Shown here: positions 17,117-26,028 of the stretch, piece after piece
Layout: each line of letters starts with the position of its first letter
Numbering within the stretch: position 1 is the stretch's first letter
Origin: Candidatus Brocadiia bacterium
GTDB taxonomy: Bacteria > Planctomycetota > Brocadiia > CAIUPP01
Length of the DNA stretch: 64,000 nucleotides
Assembly (NCBI GenBank): GCA_050015075.1
Contig: JBEKCB010000005.1
Location: 1 to 64,000 of the forward strand
Direction: 5' to 3'
The notes under the pieces: generated by a model
Told to the model about the DNA's origin: nothing
Database searches by the model: none
What the model saw: the letters and a program-made list of their open reading frames with translations, nothing else
Translations under genes and position numbers: made by a program

Positions 17117-19981
17117 ATGTCCGGCTCCGACACTGAGAAAACGATCCACGTCCCCGGCTATCACCTGCGCGTGCAGCTCGCGCGCGGCGGCATGGGCGCC
17201 GTGTACCGCGCCTACCAGATCAGCATGGACCGAGTCGTCGCCGTCAAGGTGCTCGCCGGCAAGTTCACCGAGGACACCGTCTTCGTCGAGCGATTCCAGA
17301 AGGAAGCCCGCGCCGCCGCCCGCCTCAACCATCCCAACATCGTGCAGGCGATTGACGTCGCCGAGTCCGACGGGCACTGGTACTTCGTGATGGAATTCGT
17401 CGAGGGCAGCGCCCTGAGCGCGCTGCTGCGGGAGCGGGGCAAACTTCCGCCGCTCGAGGCGTGCGGCCTTATCGTGCAGATCGCGCGCGCCCTCGAACAT
17501 GCCTCGCGGTTCGGCATGCTCCATCTCGACGTGAAGCCCGGCAACATCATGGTCACCCCCGCCGGGTGCGCGAAACTGGCCGATTTCGGCCTCGCCCGCC
17601 ACGTGGAGGACGAGGACCCCATCTACGCGCAGAAGAAGGTGATCTTCGGCACGCCTCATTACATGTCGCCCGAACAGATCGCCGGCGCCGACCTCGATTC
17701 GCGCAGCGACATCTACTCCCTCGGCGTCACCTTCTACGAGATGGTCACCGGCCACAACCCCTTCGCCGCGCCGACGACGCGCGAGGTGCTCCAGAAGGTC
17801 AAGTCCGGCGCGGTGGCGCCGCCGTGCGTCGCCGAGCCGGCCGTCTCGGAGGACGTCTCGCTCGTCATCCAGAAGATGATGTCGCCCGACCGCGAGCAGC
17901 GCTACCGCGACCCGGGCCAGCTCCTGGCCGACCTGGACGCCCTTTCGCGGCTGCTGCTGCCGCCGATCGCGCGGGAGCTTTCGGCCCCGGAATCGCTTTC
18001 GACGTCGGCGAAGGCGCCGCGCCGCCGCTCCGCGATACCGCTCCTGGCGGGGATCGGGCTGATGCTGATCCTGGCCGGAGTCACGGCCTGGGTCATCCAC
18101 CTCCAGACCGTTGCGCCGCCGGCCGGCGGCGAGACGAAGGCGGTCGCGCCGCCGCCAATCGCCCCCGCCGCGGAACCGCCGGAGACGGCCCGCGCGCGGG
18201 AGCTTTTCCGCGCGGCGGTGGGCGAGGCTGAACGGGACATGGCGGACAACCGGTTCAAAGAGGCGCTCCAGGTTTACGAGAATTTCACCGCCGCGAACGC
18301 CGGAACTCCTTCGGCCGAAGAAGCGCGCCGCGCCGCCACCGGCGTGCTCACGCGCGCCGAGCTGTACGCGGAGGACCTCGCGCGCAGCGCCAACACCGCC
18401 ATCGAGCGCGGCAACTACGGCCAGGCCAAGGCGCTCTCCGACCAGCTCGCCGCGCTTCACCTGTCCGTGACCGATCCGCTCGCGCAGGATGTCCAGACGA
18501 ACCTCGGGCGCGCCGAAGAAGCCGCCCGCCGCGAGGCCGACGCGTCGCGCGAAGCCTCCACCGCGCGCGCCCTCGAGGCGCTCCGGAAGGACCTGCCCGG
18601 CCTCATCCGGGAGGAGCGCTTCGACGAGGCCGCCCGGCGATGCCAGGAGTTCCTCTCGAATCCGAACCAGGTCCAGGCGCGTGTCCCGCGCGATGAACTG
18701 GAGCAGGTGTTCTGGCTCCAGAAAATCCAATCGGCGATCGTGGCCGGCGCGGCGCGCTCGGCCGGGCGCGCCTTGCAGCCGCTGGCGCCGGAGCCGGGCA
18801 CGACGGGCATTCCGCCTCACGCGGCGGTGGCCGGCGCCCGCGACGGAAAGGTCCTCGTCGAACTCGGGACGTCCGAGCGGACGCTGAACCTCCGCGACTT
18901 GGCCGAAGCGGACCTGGCGGCCCTGGCGCAGGCCGGACTGGCCGCCTCGGCCGACAAAGACGATCCCGCGCTGCTCCTGCACGGCGGCCTGGCCGCGCTG
19001 CTCGAATCGGAGGGCCGATGCCGCGCCGCCCTGCGCCACATGGCCCAAGTCCAGGAACACCAGGGACAGCTACCGCCGTGGCTCTTGGAGGCCGAGCGCA
19101 CCGCGCTCCTCGGCGCCACGCAGGACAACCTCGCCGCCGGGCGGCTGGCCGACGCGCTCGCGCACCTGCGCACGCTCAAAGCGCGTCACCAGCGCAGCCG
19201 CTTTTACCTGAGCCACATGACGGAGATCGGCGAGCTGCTCGCCCAGGTCCGCGCGAAATACTTCGAGGACATGATCGCCATCCCCGCCGGCCGGTTCATT
19301 TACCAGGTCGCCAAGCGCGGCGACCCTGCCCGCTATTACAACCTGCCGCTCTTCTTCATGGACGCGCACGAAGTCACCAACGCGCAGTACGCGCGCTTTC
19401 TCGACTACTGCAACGAGAACCCGGACCATTCCTTCTTCGACCATCTCCTTCAGCCGGCGTGGAAGAAGGACCACGTGCCCATGAACTGGGATGAGTTCTC
19501 CAAGGGCCGGCCGAATTATCCGGTCGTCGGCGTGGACTGGTACGACGCCTTCGCCTACGCCAATTGGCTCGGCAAGCGCCTGCCGACCGACGCGGAGTGG
19601 GAGAAAGGCGCCCGCGGCGTGGATGGCCGCAAGTATCCCTGGGGCAACGAGTGGGAGCCGACGCTCGGGCAACGGATGTGCAACGGCCCTCCGACGATCG
19701 CCCGGACCGCCGCGGACATGCCCTCCGGCGTCGTCGCCGTGGGCAGCTTCCGCCGGGGCAACAGCCCCTACGGGCTGACGGACATGGCCGGCAACGCGCG
19801 GGAGTGGGTCGGCGATGAGGCCGGGTCGGTCGCCGAACCGACCGCCGCCTGCCGCGGAGGCTCCTTCGCCGATCCGATCTCAATGTGCACGACAACCGCC
19901 AGCGTGAAGTTGCCGCGCGACACGCGCGACGAGATGACCGGCTTCCGCTGCGCGGCGGACGCGATCACGGATACGCCTTGA
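17117..19981 (+). CDS. Membrane-anchored Ser/Thr protein kinase with C-terminal FGE/SUMF1-type domain
   Basis: ARGGMGAVY, VAVK, HPNIV, HLDVKPGN, DFG, GTPHYMSPE; TM IPLLAGIGLMLILAGVTAWVI; helical region; EVTNAQY, RLPTDAEWEK, DMAGNAREW, RGGSF, GFRC. Confidence 0.93.
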   Translation: MSGSDTEKTIHVPGYHLRVQLARGGMGAVYRAYQISMDRVVAVKVLAGKFTEDTVFVERFQKEARAAARLNHPNIVQAIDVAESDGHWYFVMEFVEGSALSALLRERGKLPPLEACGLIVQIARALEHASRFGMLHLDVKPGNIMVTPAGCAKLADFGLARHVEDEDPIYAQKKVIFGTPHYMSPEQIAGADLDSRSDIYSLGVTFYEMVTGHNPFAAPTTREVLQKVKSGAVAPPCVAEPAVSEDVSLVIQKMMSPDREQRYRDPGQLLADLDALSRLLLPPIARELSAPESLSTSAKAPRRRSAIPLLAGIGLMLILAGVTAWVIHLQTVAPPAGGETKAVAPPPIAPAAEPPETARARELFRAAVGEAERDMADNRFKEALQVYENFTAANAGTPSAEEARRAATGVLTRAELYAEDLARSANTAIERGNYGQAKALSDQLAALHLSVTDPLAQDVQTNLGRAEEAARREADASREASTARALEALRKDLPGLIREERFDEAARRCQEFLSNPNQVQARVPRDELEQVFWLQKIQSAIVAGAARSAGRALQPLAPEPGTTGIPPHAAVAGARDGKVLVELGTSERTLNLRDLAEADLAALAQAGLAASADKDDPALLLHGGLAALLESEGRCRAALRHMAQVQEHQGQLPPWLLEAERTALLGATQDNLAAGRLADALAHLRTLKARHQRSRFYLSHMTEIGELLAQVRAKYFEDMIAIPAGRFIYQVAKRGDPARYYNLPLFFMDAHEVTNAQYARFLDYCNENPDHSFFDHLLQPAWKKDHVPMNWDEFSKGRPNYPVVGVDWYDAFAYANWLGKRLPTDAEWEKGARGVDGRKYPWGNEWEPTLGQRMCNGPPTIARTAADMPSGVVAVGSFRRGNSPYGLTDMAGNAREWVGDEAGSVAEPTAACRGGSFADPISMCTTTASVKLPRDTRDEMTGFRCAADAITDTP

Positions 19982-19985
19982 ACGC

Positions 19986-20013
19986 GGATGAAGGCGGAAG
20001 GATGAGGGGCGAA
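19986..20013. repeat. 4x 7-mer (ggatgaa type)
   Basis: ggatgaa ggcggaa ggatgag gggcgaa. Confidence 0.5.
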
Positions 20014-20037
20014 AACTCAGCCAGGAAGGGCGCCGGG

Positions 20038-21540
20038 ATGAAACAGTTCACTCGCCGGTTTTCATCGTTCCTCTTTCTGGCGCTCGCTTTCTGCGGGTGC
20101 CGGACGGCCAGCCCGCCTGCGCCGCTGAACGAAATCGTTCAGGAACTCCCCTCTCAGATCCTGTTGCGGCTCCAGGTGATCGCGCTGCGCGAGGCGGTCA
20201 ACCCTGCCGACGAGGCGCCTTTTCCTGCGCTCGGCTTCCAGTTCGCCGGCGACCGCGTCGTCCCGGTCGAGAAGCCGGACACGATCGCGGGCGTGGAGTT
20301 GACGACGCCGCAACTGGCGCGCTGGGTGCAGAACCTCGACAAAGCCGGGGCGACGCTCTACGCCGCGCCGGGGTTCACCGTCGGCCCGGACCTGCCTGCC
20401 AGCAGCCTCTACTCGGCGGAAAAGCAATACCAGGCGAATTGGCGCGTGGACACCAACGGCATCTCGATGCAGAATGCCACGGTCACTCCCGAATCGAAAT
20501 TCAGCGTCCGGCCCGAACTCGTCCCCGGAACGCGCGACCTCCTGACGAACGTCGGCATCGAAATCAGCACCGCCGACCTCGATTCGTTTGTCCTGGTGGA
20601 CCATTTCGTCGCGAAAGACCAGAAGCCGGTTCCGCTGGCGCTGCTGCTGCCGCGCCAGGCGATCCTGCGGATCGCCACCCGGACGCTGGTCCGGCCCGGA
20701 CGGACGCTGATCCTGGCGCACAGCGTCAAGCAATACCGCTCGGCGCCGCAGCCGCCCAAGGCCGCGGAGAACATGCGCGACCAGATCTTCTACCTCCTCA
20801 GCGCCGACCGGCGCGGGCCGGAAGCTGCCGAGAGCGACCTGCCCATCGTCCTGCAAATCCCGCCGCGCTTCGCGCTGAGCCTGACCTGGCTCGAATCCGA
20901 GAGCGCCGCGCCGGCGGCGCAGCCGCCGGACCGCGCGACGCCGCCGCCCGCACCGGCGCCGGACGACCTGGCCGAACTCCAGAAAGCGGCCGGACAGATG
21001 AAGGGCGCGCCGGGCGCCGTCGTGCAGACGTTGGGCCTTGCGCTGACCGTAAAGACACAGGTCCAATTCGAAGTCGCCGAGGAAGGCGGCTACGTCGCCG
21101 GAATTCATCGCGATTCGGATGAAACGATGAGCCCGTACAACTTCCTCGTCAACCAGACCTGGTCCGGGGTGAAGTTCTCGGCGCAACTGGAACAGATGCC
21201 GCAGAGCTTGTCGGCCGACCTGGCTCTGCGCCTGGCCGACCCGCCTCAATACGATGACGCCCTCGGCAAGCTGCCCTCGCTGCGCGCCGGCGCGCCCGAG
21301 AAGGAAGCGAGGGACTATCACTTCCAGGTCGCCGGGCAGACCGAGGCCGACTTCGCCGCGGTCCTGAGCCTTCAGCCGGGCCAGACCCGGCTGCTGCCGC
21401 TGAGCTGGCACACGAGGGGCATCGCCACCTCGCAGAACGCTCGGCTCCGCCCGGTGGCGGTGACCCTGGAAGAGCCGCCCGCGCCGGCCGCGGAGACCCC
21501 GCCGCAAGGCGGCGCCCCCGGCGCGACGGTTCATCCCTGA
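20038..21540 (+). CDS. Putative lipoprotein with two beta-rich, secretin-C-terminal-like repeats
   Basis: Signal MKQFTRRFSSFLFLALAFCGC (lipobox-like); two beta-rich halves joined by a Pro/Ala linker. The coding call is solid; the fold call is by eye only. Confidence 0.7.
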   Translation: MKQFTRRFSSFLFLALAFCGCRTASPPAPLNEIVQELPSQILLRLQVIALREAVNPADEAPFPALGFQFAGDRVVPVEKPDTIAGVELTTPQLARWVQNLDKAGATLYAAPGFTVGPDLPASSLYSAEKQYQANWRVDTNGISMQNATVTPESKFSVRPELVPGTRDLLTNVGIEISTADLDSFVLVDHFVAKDQKPVPLALLLPRQAILRIATRTLVRPGRTLILAHSVKQYRSAPQPPKAAENMRDQIFYLLSADRRGPEAAESDLPIVLQIPPRFALSLTWLESESAAPAAQPPDRATPPPAPAPDDLAELQKAAGQMKGAPGAVVQTLGLALTVKTQVQFEVAEEGGYVAGIHRDSDETMSPYNFLVNQTWSGVKFSAQLEQMPQSLSADLALRLADPPQYDDALGKLPSLRAGAPEKEARDYHFQVAGQTEADFAAVLSLQPGQTRLLPLSWHTRGIATSQNARLRPVAVTLEEPPAPAAETPPQGGAPGATVHP

Positions 21541-21555
21541 CGAAGGAGGTCCTCG

Positions 21556-21984
21556 ATGCGATATTGGATCGGCTTCATCGCCGTCCTGATCGTCGGCGCG
21601 GCGGCGTTCCTGGCGTACCAGGCGCGCCAGAAGGCCAAGTCGCGGAACGCCAGCCGCCTGCAACTGGACCTGGCGATAGCGCAGTTGACCATGGAACTCC
21701 GGCGCAATCCCAAGAACGCCGCCGGGTACGGCAAGCGCGGGATCGTCCGCCAGAGGAACGGCGACCTGCCCGGCGCCCTGGCCGATTTCGAGCGCGCGCT
21801 GGCCCTCGACCCGAACCTCACCGAGGCGCACTATCATCACGGCGCGGCGCTCGAACAGAAAGGCGACCTCGCCGCCGCCGAGAAGGAGTTCAACTGGATT
21901 CTGGACGTGAGTAGGGACGCCTACTACGGCACCGCCGCCAAAAACCGCCTCGACCAGATGCACGGCAAAAAGAAATCCGGCTGA
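21556..21984 (+). CDS. Membrane-anchored tetratricopeptide repeat protein
   Basis: AAGGAGG RBS; N-terminal TM; TPRs AAGYGKRGIVRQRNGDLPGALADFERALALDP and TEAHYHHGAALEQKGDLAAAEKEF. Confidence 0.9.
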   Translation: MRYWIGFIAVLIVGAAAFLAYQARQKAKSRNASRLQLDLAIAQLTMELRRNPKNAAGYGKRGIVRQRNGDLPGALADFERALALDPNLTEAHYHHGAALEQKGDLAAAEKEFNWILDVSRDAYYGTAAKNRLDQMHGKKKSG

Positions 21985-22007
21985 CCGGCCAGGCCAGGGA
22001 TGAAGGC

Positions 22008-22036
22008 TTGACGCTTTCTTCGCCTGCGGGTAAGAT
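22008..22036 (+). promoter_or_regulatory. Sigma70-type promoter of the second FHA-kinase gene
   Basis: TTGACG-N17-TAAGAT, 36 nt before ATG 22073. Confidence 0.55.
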
Positions 22037-22072
22037 TCTTGGGGTTTTTCCGTCGCGCTTCCGGGAGTCTGC

Positions 22073-23344
22073 ATGATCGTCACGGTCACCATCACCAAAG
22101 GCAAGGACGCCGGCCGCGTGGTCCGTCTCGAGGAAGGTGAGACGAAGACCTTCGGCCGCGGCTCGCAGGCCGACGTCACCCTCAGCGACGTCGTCGTCTC
22201 GCGCGTCCACTGCCGCATCCGCGTCGAGGGCGGCGCCTGCTACGTGCAGGACATGGGCTCGCGCAACGGCACTTCGGTCAACGGCCGGGCGCTCACGGAA
22301 GAGGCGCGGCTGGCCGACGACGATGCGCTGGGCATCGGCACCGAACTGGCGGAGGTCCGCATCACGCCCGACACCAGCCCCGCCGAGGAAGCGGTCGAGG
22401 CGGTCGTTCCCGTCGAGGTCGAGGAAACGCCCACCGCCCGGCCGCAGGCGGAGATCTCCGATGCCGGGTACGAGCTGGAGCTGCAGGGCGAGGACGAGCG
22501 CCTGCTCGGAGCGGTCGTCGGCGGCTGCCGCATCGAAGGGCTGCTCGGGCGCGACGACATCAGCAGCGTGTACCGCGCCACGCAGCTCTCCATGGAGCGC
22601 TCGGTGGCCCTGAAAATCCTCTCACCCGCGATTGCCGGCGACCTGCGCTCGAAAGACCGGTTCATCGGCGCCGCGCGCGCCGGCGGCAAGCTCAACCACC
22701 CGAACATCGTGCGGGTTTACGACGCCGGCGAGGAGAACGGCCTCTCCTTCGTCGCCATGGAGTTCGTCGCCGGCAAGCCCGTCCGCCGGCTCCTGGGCGA
22801 GCACGAGGGCAACCGCCCGCTGCCGATCGCGCAGGCGGTCGAGATCGGCGAGCAGATCGCCGGCGCGCTCGACTACGCGCACTCGGTCTCCACCATCCAC
22901 GGCCACATCACCGCGGACACGATCCTCGTCACGCCGCACGGCATCGCCAAGCTCGCCGAGATCGGGTTCGTCCGCACCGCCTCCGGCGGCAGCGCCCCGC
23001 TGCCGTCGAACCCCGCGCGGCGCGCGGACGAGCTGCAATTCACGCCGCCGGAGTTCCTCGCCGGCCCGCGCTCGCCCACGCCGCAGTGCGACATCTATTC
23101 GCTCTCCGTCGTCCTTTTCCTCATGGTCACCGGGCAGATGCCGTTCCGGGCCCCGAGCGAGAAGGAACTCATCGAAAAGATCCGCAAGGGCGCGCACGAG
23201 CCGGTCCGGCGGCTCCGGCGCGAAGCGCCCGACAGCCTGGCGCGGGCCATCGAAGCCGGCATGGCCGTCCAGCCCACGCACCGTTTCAGCCGCGCCGCCG
23301 ACCTGCTGGCCGCCCTGCAGAAGTGCCGGAAGGCGTTGAAATGA
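22073..23344 (+). CDS. FHA domain + Ser/Thr kinase-like (probable pseudokinase)
   Basis: Canonical FHA (FGRG, VSRVH, DMGSRNGT). Kinase fold with VALK and HPNIV, but catalytic loop HGHITADTIL, DFG as EIG, APE as PPE. Confidence 0.88.
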   Translation: MIVTVTITKGKDAGRVVRLEEGETKTFGRGSQADVTLSDVVVSRVHCRIRVEGGACYVQDMGSRNGTSVNGRALTEEARLADDDALGIGTELAEVRITPDTSPAEEAVEAVVPVEVEETPTARPQAEISDAGYELELQGEDERLLGAVVGGCRIEGLLGRDDISSVYRATQLSMERSVALKILSPAIAGDLRSKDRFIGAARAGGKLNHPNIVRVYDAGEENGLSFVAMEFVAGKPVRRLLGEHEGNRPLPIAQAVEIGEQIAGALDYAHSVSTIHGHITADTILVTPHGIAKLAEIGFVRTASGGSAPLPSNPARRADELQFTPPEFLAGPRSPTPQCDIYSLSVVLFLMVTGQMPFRAPSEKELIEKIRKGAHEPVRRLRREAPDSLARAIEAGMAVQPTHRFSRAADLLAALQKCRKALK

Positions 23345-23405
23345 CAACGACCAGGATTCAAAGGCTCAATCTCGCGAAGGTTGTTGAGGACTGCATAAGT
23401 AATGC

Positions 23406-23497
23406 CTCACCACGACGACACCACGCGCACAACGCACGGAGTTGAAATAGATTGGCCTTTCGGCTGTCCGTAGTGCTCGTTGTGCCGTCGTGGTGAG
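23406..23497. repeat. Inverted-repeat element with 9-mer-like arms
   Basis: ctcaccacgacgacaccacgcgcacaacg ... cgtagtgctcgttgtgccgtcgtggtgag; outer 12 bp pair perfectly. Confidence 0.75.
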
Positions 23498-23539
23498 AAC
23501 CGTAAATGTGTTTTTGCTCGAAAGGACATCGGCGTGGAC

Positions 23540-24028
23540 ATGGTTCATACGGTGCTGCTGGTGCTCATCCTCGTCGCGTCGGTCGTCGCGCCCGTCATCG
23601 TGTACCTGCGCCTCCGGGCGCAGCAGCGGGCCGAGACGGAGCGCTTCATCGCGCGCATGGAAGAGGCGCTGGGATCCTCCGTCAAGCTCCTCGAAGTCCG
23701 GACCTACTACGACCAGATCTCGGCCGAGTACAAGAAGATGCTCGACGAGGCGTTCCGCGAGGGGAACCGGTTCCGGCAGGACCACGTGCGGCGGCTCGTC
23801 GAGCGGCTCGAGCAGCTCAAAGCGCGGACGCTCGACCGCACCGTGCGGATGCTCGACCAGCCGGAAGGCCCGAAGCGGGATTTCCACCGCCGCCACCATC
23901 GCGGCGGGCGCCGGCACCGTCCGCCCGCCGGCCAGCAGCCGAACGCGCCCTCGGGGCCGCCGGGCTATACGCCGCCGAAGCCGCCCGCGCCGCCGCCGCA
24001 ACCGCCGAAGCCGCCAGCGCAGGGGTGA
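23540..24028 (+). CDS. Hypothetical protein: N-terminal TM, helical body, His/Arg- and Pro-rich tail
   Basis: Backbone-like codon usage; MVHTVLLVLILVASVVAPVIVYL; tail RRHHRGGRRH...PPKPPAPPPQPPKPP. Confidence 0.75.
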   Translation: MVHTVLLVLILVASVVAPVIVYLRLRAQQRAETERFIARMEEALGSSVKLLEVRTYYDQISAEYKKMLDEAFREGNRFRQDHVRRLVERLEQLKARTLDRTVRMLDQPEGPKRDFHRRHHRGGRRHRPPAGQQPNAPSGPPGYTPPKPPAPPPQPPKPPAQG

Positions 24029-24035
24029 CCGGGCG

Positions 24036-24135
24036 AACGGACGATTGGCGATTGCTGATTTCTGATTCGGTCCTGTCACCGTGTTGCGCTGCATCGGCGC
24101 TGCCTGGATTTTGGAAATTCGGATTTGGAAATTGA
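24036..24135. repeat. 7-mer arrays (gattggc / gatttgg type) upstream of proS
   Basis: gattggc gattgct gatttct gatt ... gattttggaaattcggatttggaaatt; the second block nearly recurs at 60950-60982. Confidence 0.6.
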
Positions 24136-24148
24136 GGACAATTCCTTC

Positions 24149-25897
24149 ATGCGCATGAGCGCTCTGGTCGGACGACGGTACAAGGAACGCCCCGCCGAGG
24201 CGCAGCTCGACAGCCACGCCTTCCTGCTCCGCGGCGCGTACGCGCGCCAGGTCGCCAACGGCATTTACTCGCTGCTCCCGCCCGGACTCAAGGTCGCGCG
24301 GAAAATCGAGCAGATCATCCGCGAGGAGATGGACCGCGTCGGCGGACAGGAAGTGCTCATGCCCGTCGTGCTCCCGCGCGAGCTGTGGGAGGAATCGGGC
24401 CGCTACGGGGCCGTCGGCGCGGAACTGCTGCGCTTCACCGACCGCACCGGGCACGACATGCTCCTGGCGATGACGCATGAAGAGGGCGTCGTCCAGCTCG
24501 CGCGGTACGAGGTGAACACCTACAAGCAGTTCCCGTTCATGCTCTACCAGATCCAGACGAAGTTCCGCGACGAGCCGCGCAGCCGCGGCGGGCTCATCCG
24601 CGTGCGCGAGTTCACCATGAAGGACGGCTATTCTTTCCACACGACCCAGGCGGACCTCGAGGAGTATTACCGGCGCTGCTCGATCGCCTACAAGCGCATC
24701 TTCGCGCGCGCCGGAATCCCCGAGGTCGCCGTCGTGCAGAGCGACACCGGCATGATGGGCGGCAAGGTCGCGCACGAGTTCATGCTCCTGTGCGACGCCG
24801 GCGAGGACACCATTTTCAAGTGCGCGGGCTGCGACTACCTGGCCAACGCCGACGTCGCCGTCGGCCGTGTGCAGCCATTCCCCGAGCCGATGCGGGACCT
24901 GCAGAAGGTCCACACGCCGGCGATGAAGAGCATCGAGGAGGTCGCCGCATTCCTGAAGGTCGAGACGCGCCGGACGGCCAAGGTGGTCTTCTACGAGTCC
25001 GACGGCGAAGGCCGGCCCGTGATGGCGATCCTGCGCGGCGACCTGGCGGTGAACGAGGCCAAGCTCGCGCGGCTGCTGCTCAAGCAGCCGGCCCTCGCCG
25101 AGGAGGCGACGATCCGCAAGGCCGGCGCGGTCCCCGGCTTCGCCTCGACGCTCGGAGTCAGCGGCTGCCGCATCATCGCCGACGCCAGCGCCGCCGAGTC
25201 CAACAACCTCGTCTGCGGGGCGAACGAGGCCGACTATCATTTCCTCAACTGGAACCTGAAACGCGACGCGAAGGATTACGAGACGGCCGACATCGCCACG
25301 GCGCGCGAGGGCGACGGCTGCCCGCTCTGCGCGGGAAAACTCTCCGCGAAGCGCGGCATCGAGGTCGGGAATATCTTCCAGCTCGGCGACAAATACACGC
25401 GCGCGATGGGCCTGCGCTACCTCGACACCAACGGCAAGGAGCAGGTGCCGATCATGGGCTGCTACGGCATCGGCGTCGGGCGGCTGCTCGCCTCCGTCAT
25501 GGAGGCGCGCCACGACGAGTACGGCCCGGTCTGGCCGATCTCCATCGCGCCCTGGCAGGCGCACCTGTGCGTGATGGACATCAAGAAGGAGAACGTGGCG
25601 CGGACGGCCGAGCAGCTTTACGCCGGTCTCCAGGCCGCCGGGATCGCCGTCATCATGGACGACCGCGGCGAGCGCGCAGGCATTCAGTTCGCCGAGGCCG
25701 ACCTGCTCGGAGTCCCGCTGCGCCTGATCGTCAGCGAGCGCAATTTCGCCGCCGGCCAGGTCGAATGGAAACTCCGCGGCACGGCGGAGAAGGGAACCGT
25801 CCCGATCACCGAGGCGGTCGAGTTCGCGAAGAAACTCTGCGCGGACAAACTGAACGACATCAACCGCGTCGCGGACGCCATCACGGAACCGTTCTGA
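24149..25897 (+). CDS. proS: Proline--tRNA ligase (bacterial type with editing insertion)
   Basis: LWEESGRY, LAMTHEE, YQIQTKFRDEPRSRGGLIRVREFTMKDGYSF, GIEVGNIFQLG, MGCYGIGVGR. Confidence 0.97.
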   Translation: MRMSALVGRRYKERPAEAQLDSHAFLLRGAYARQVANGIYSLLPPGLKVARKIEQIIREEMDRVGGQEVLMPVVLPRELWEESGRYGAVGAELLRFTDRTGHDMLLAMTHEEGVVQLARYEVNTYKQFPFMLYQIQTKFRDEPRSRGGLIRVREFTMKDGYSFHTTQADLEEYYRRCSIAYKRIFARAGIPEVAVVQSDTGMMGGKVAHEFMLLCDAGEDTIFKCAGCDYLANADVAVGRVQPFPEPMRDLQKVHTPAMKSIEEVAAFLKVETRRTAKVVFYESDGEGRPVMAILRGDLAVNEAKLARLLLKQPALAEEATIRKAGAVPGFASTLGVSGCRIIADASAAESNNLVCGANEADYHFLNWNLKRDAKDYETADIATAREGDGCPLCAGKLSAKRGIEVGNIFQLGDKYTRAMGLRYLDTNGKEQVPIMGCYGIGVGRLLASVMEARHDEYGPVWPISIAPWQAHLCVMDIKKENVARTAEQLYAGLQAAGIAVIMDDRGERAGIQFAEADLLGVPLRLIVSERNFAAGQVEWKLRGTAEKGTVPITEAVEFAKKLCADKLNDINRVADAITEPF

Positions 25898-25922
25898 GAG
25901 CCGGCATCGAGAGCCGCGCAGA

Positions 25923-26020
25923 AATCGTCCTCGGCCGCAGGCCACTCGTCCTCGTCCTCGAACTCGTCCTCGTCCTCGGCCGTTCGTTACTGCCGTTCGA
26001 GGACGAGGACGAGGACGATT
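25923..26020. repeat. (CTCGTC)n...(GACGAG)n long hairpin element, copy 3
   Basis: aatcgtcctc ... gaggacgaggacgatt, between convergent proS and a YfhO-like gene. Confidence 0.9.
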
Positions 26021-26028
26021 GCGCGCAG

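Noticed and set aside
19270-19981. Diversity-generating retroelement target (FGE/C-type lectin C-terminus)
   Set aside because: No template repeat differing at adenines and no reverse transcriptase seen in the window; a remote DGR cannot be excluded.
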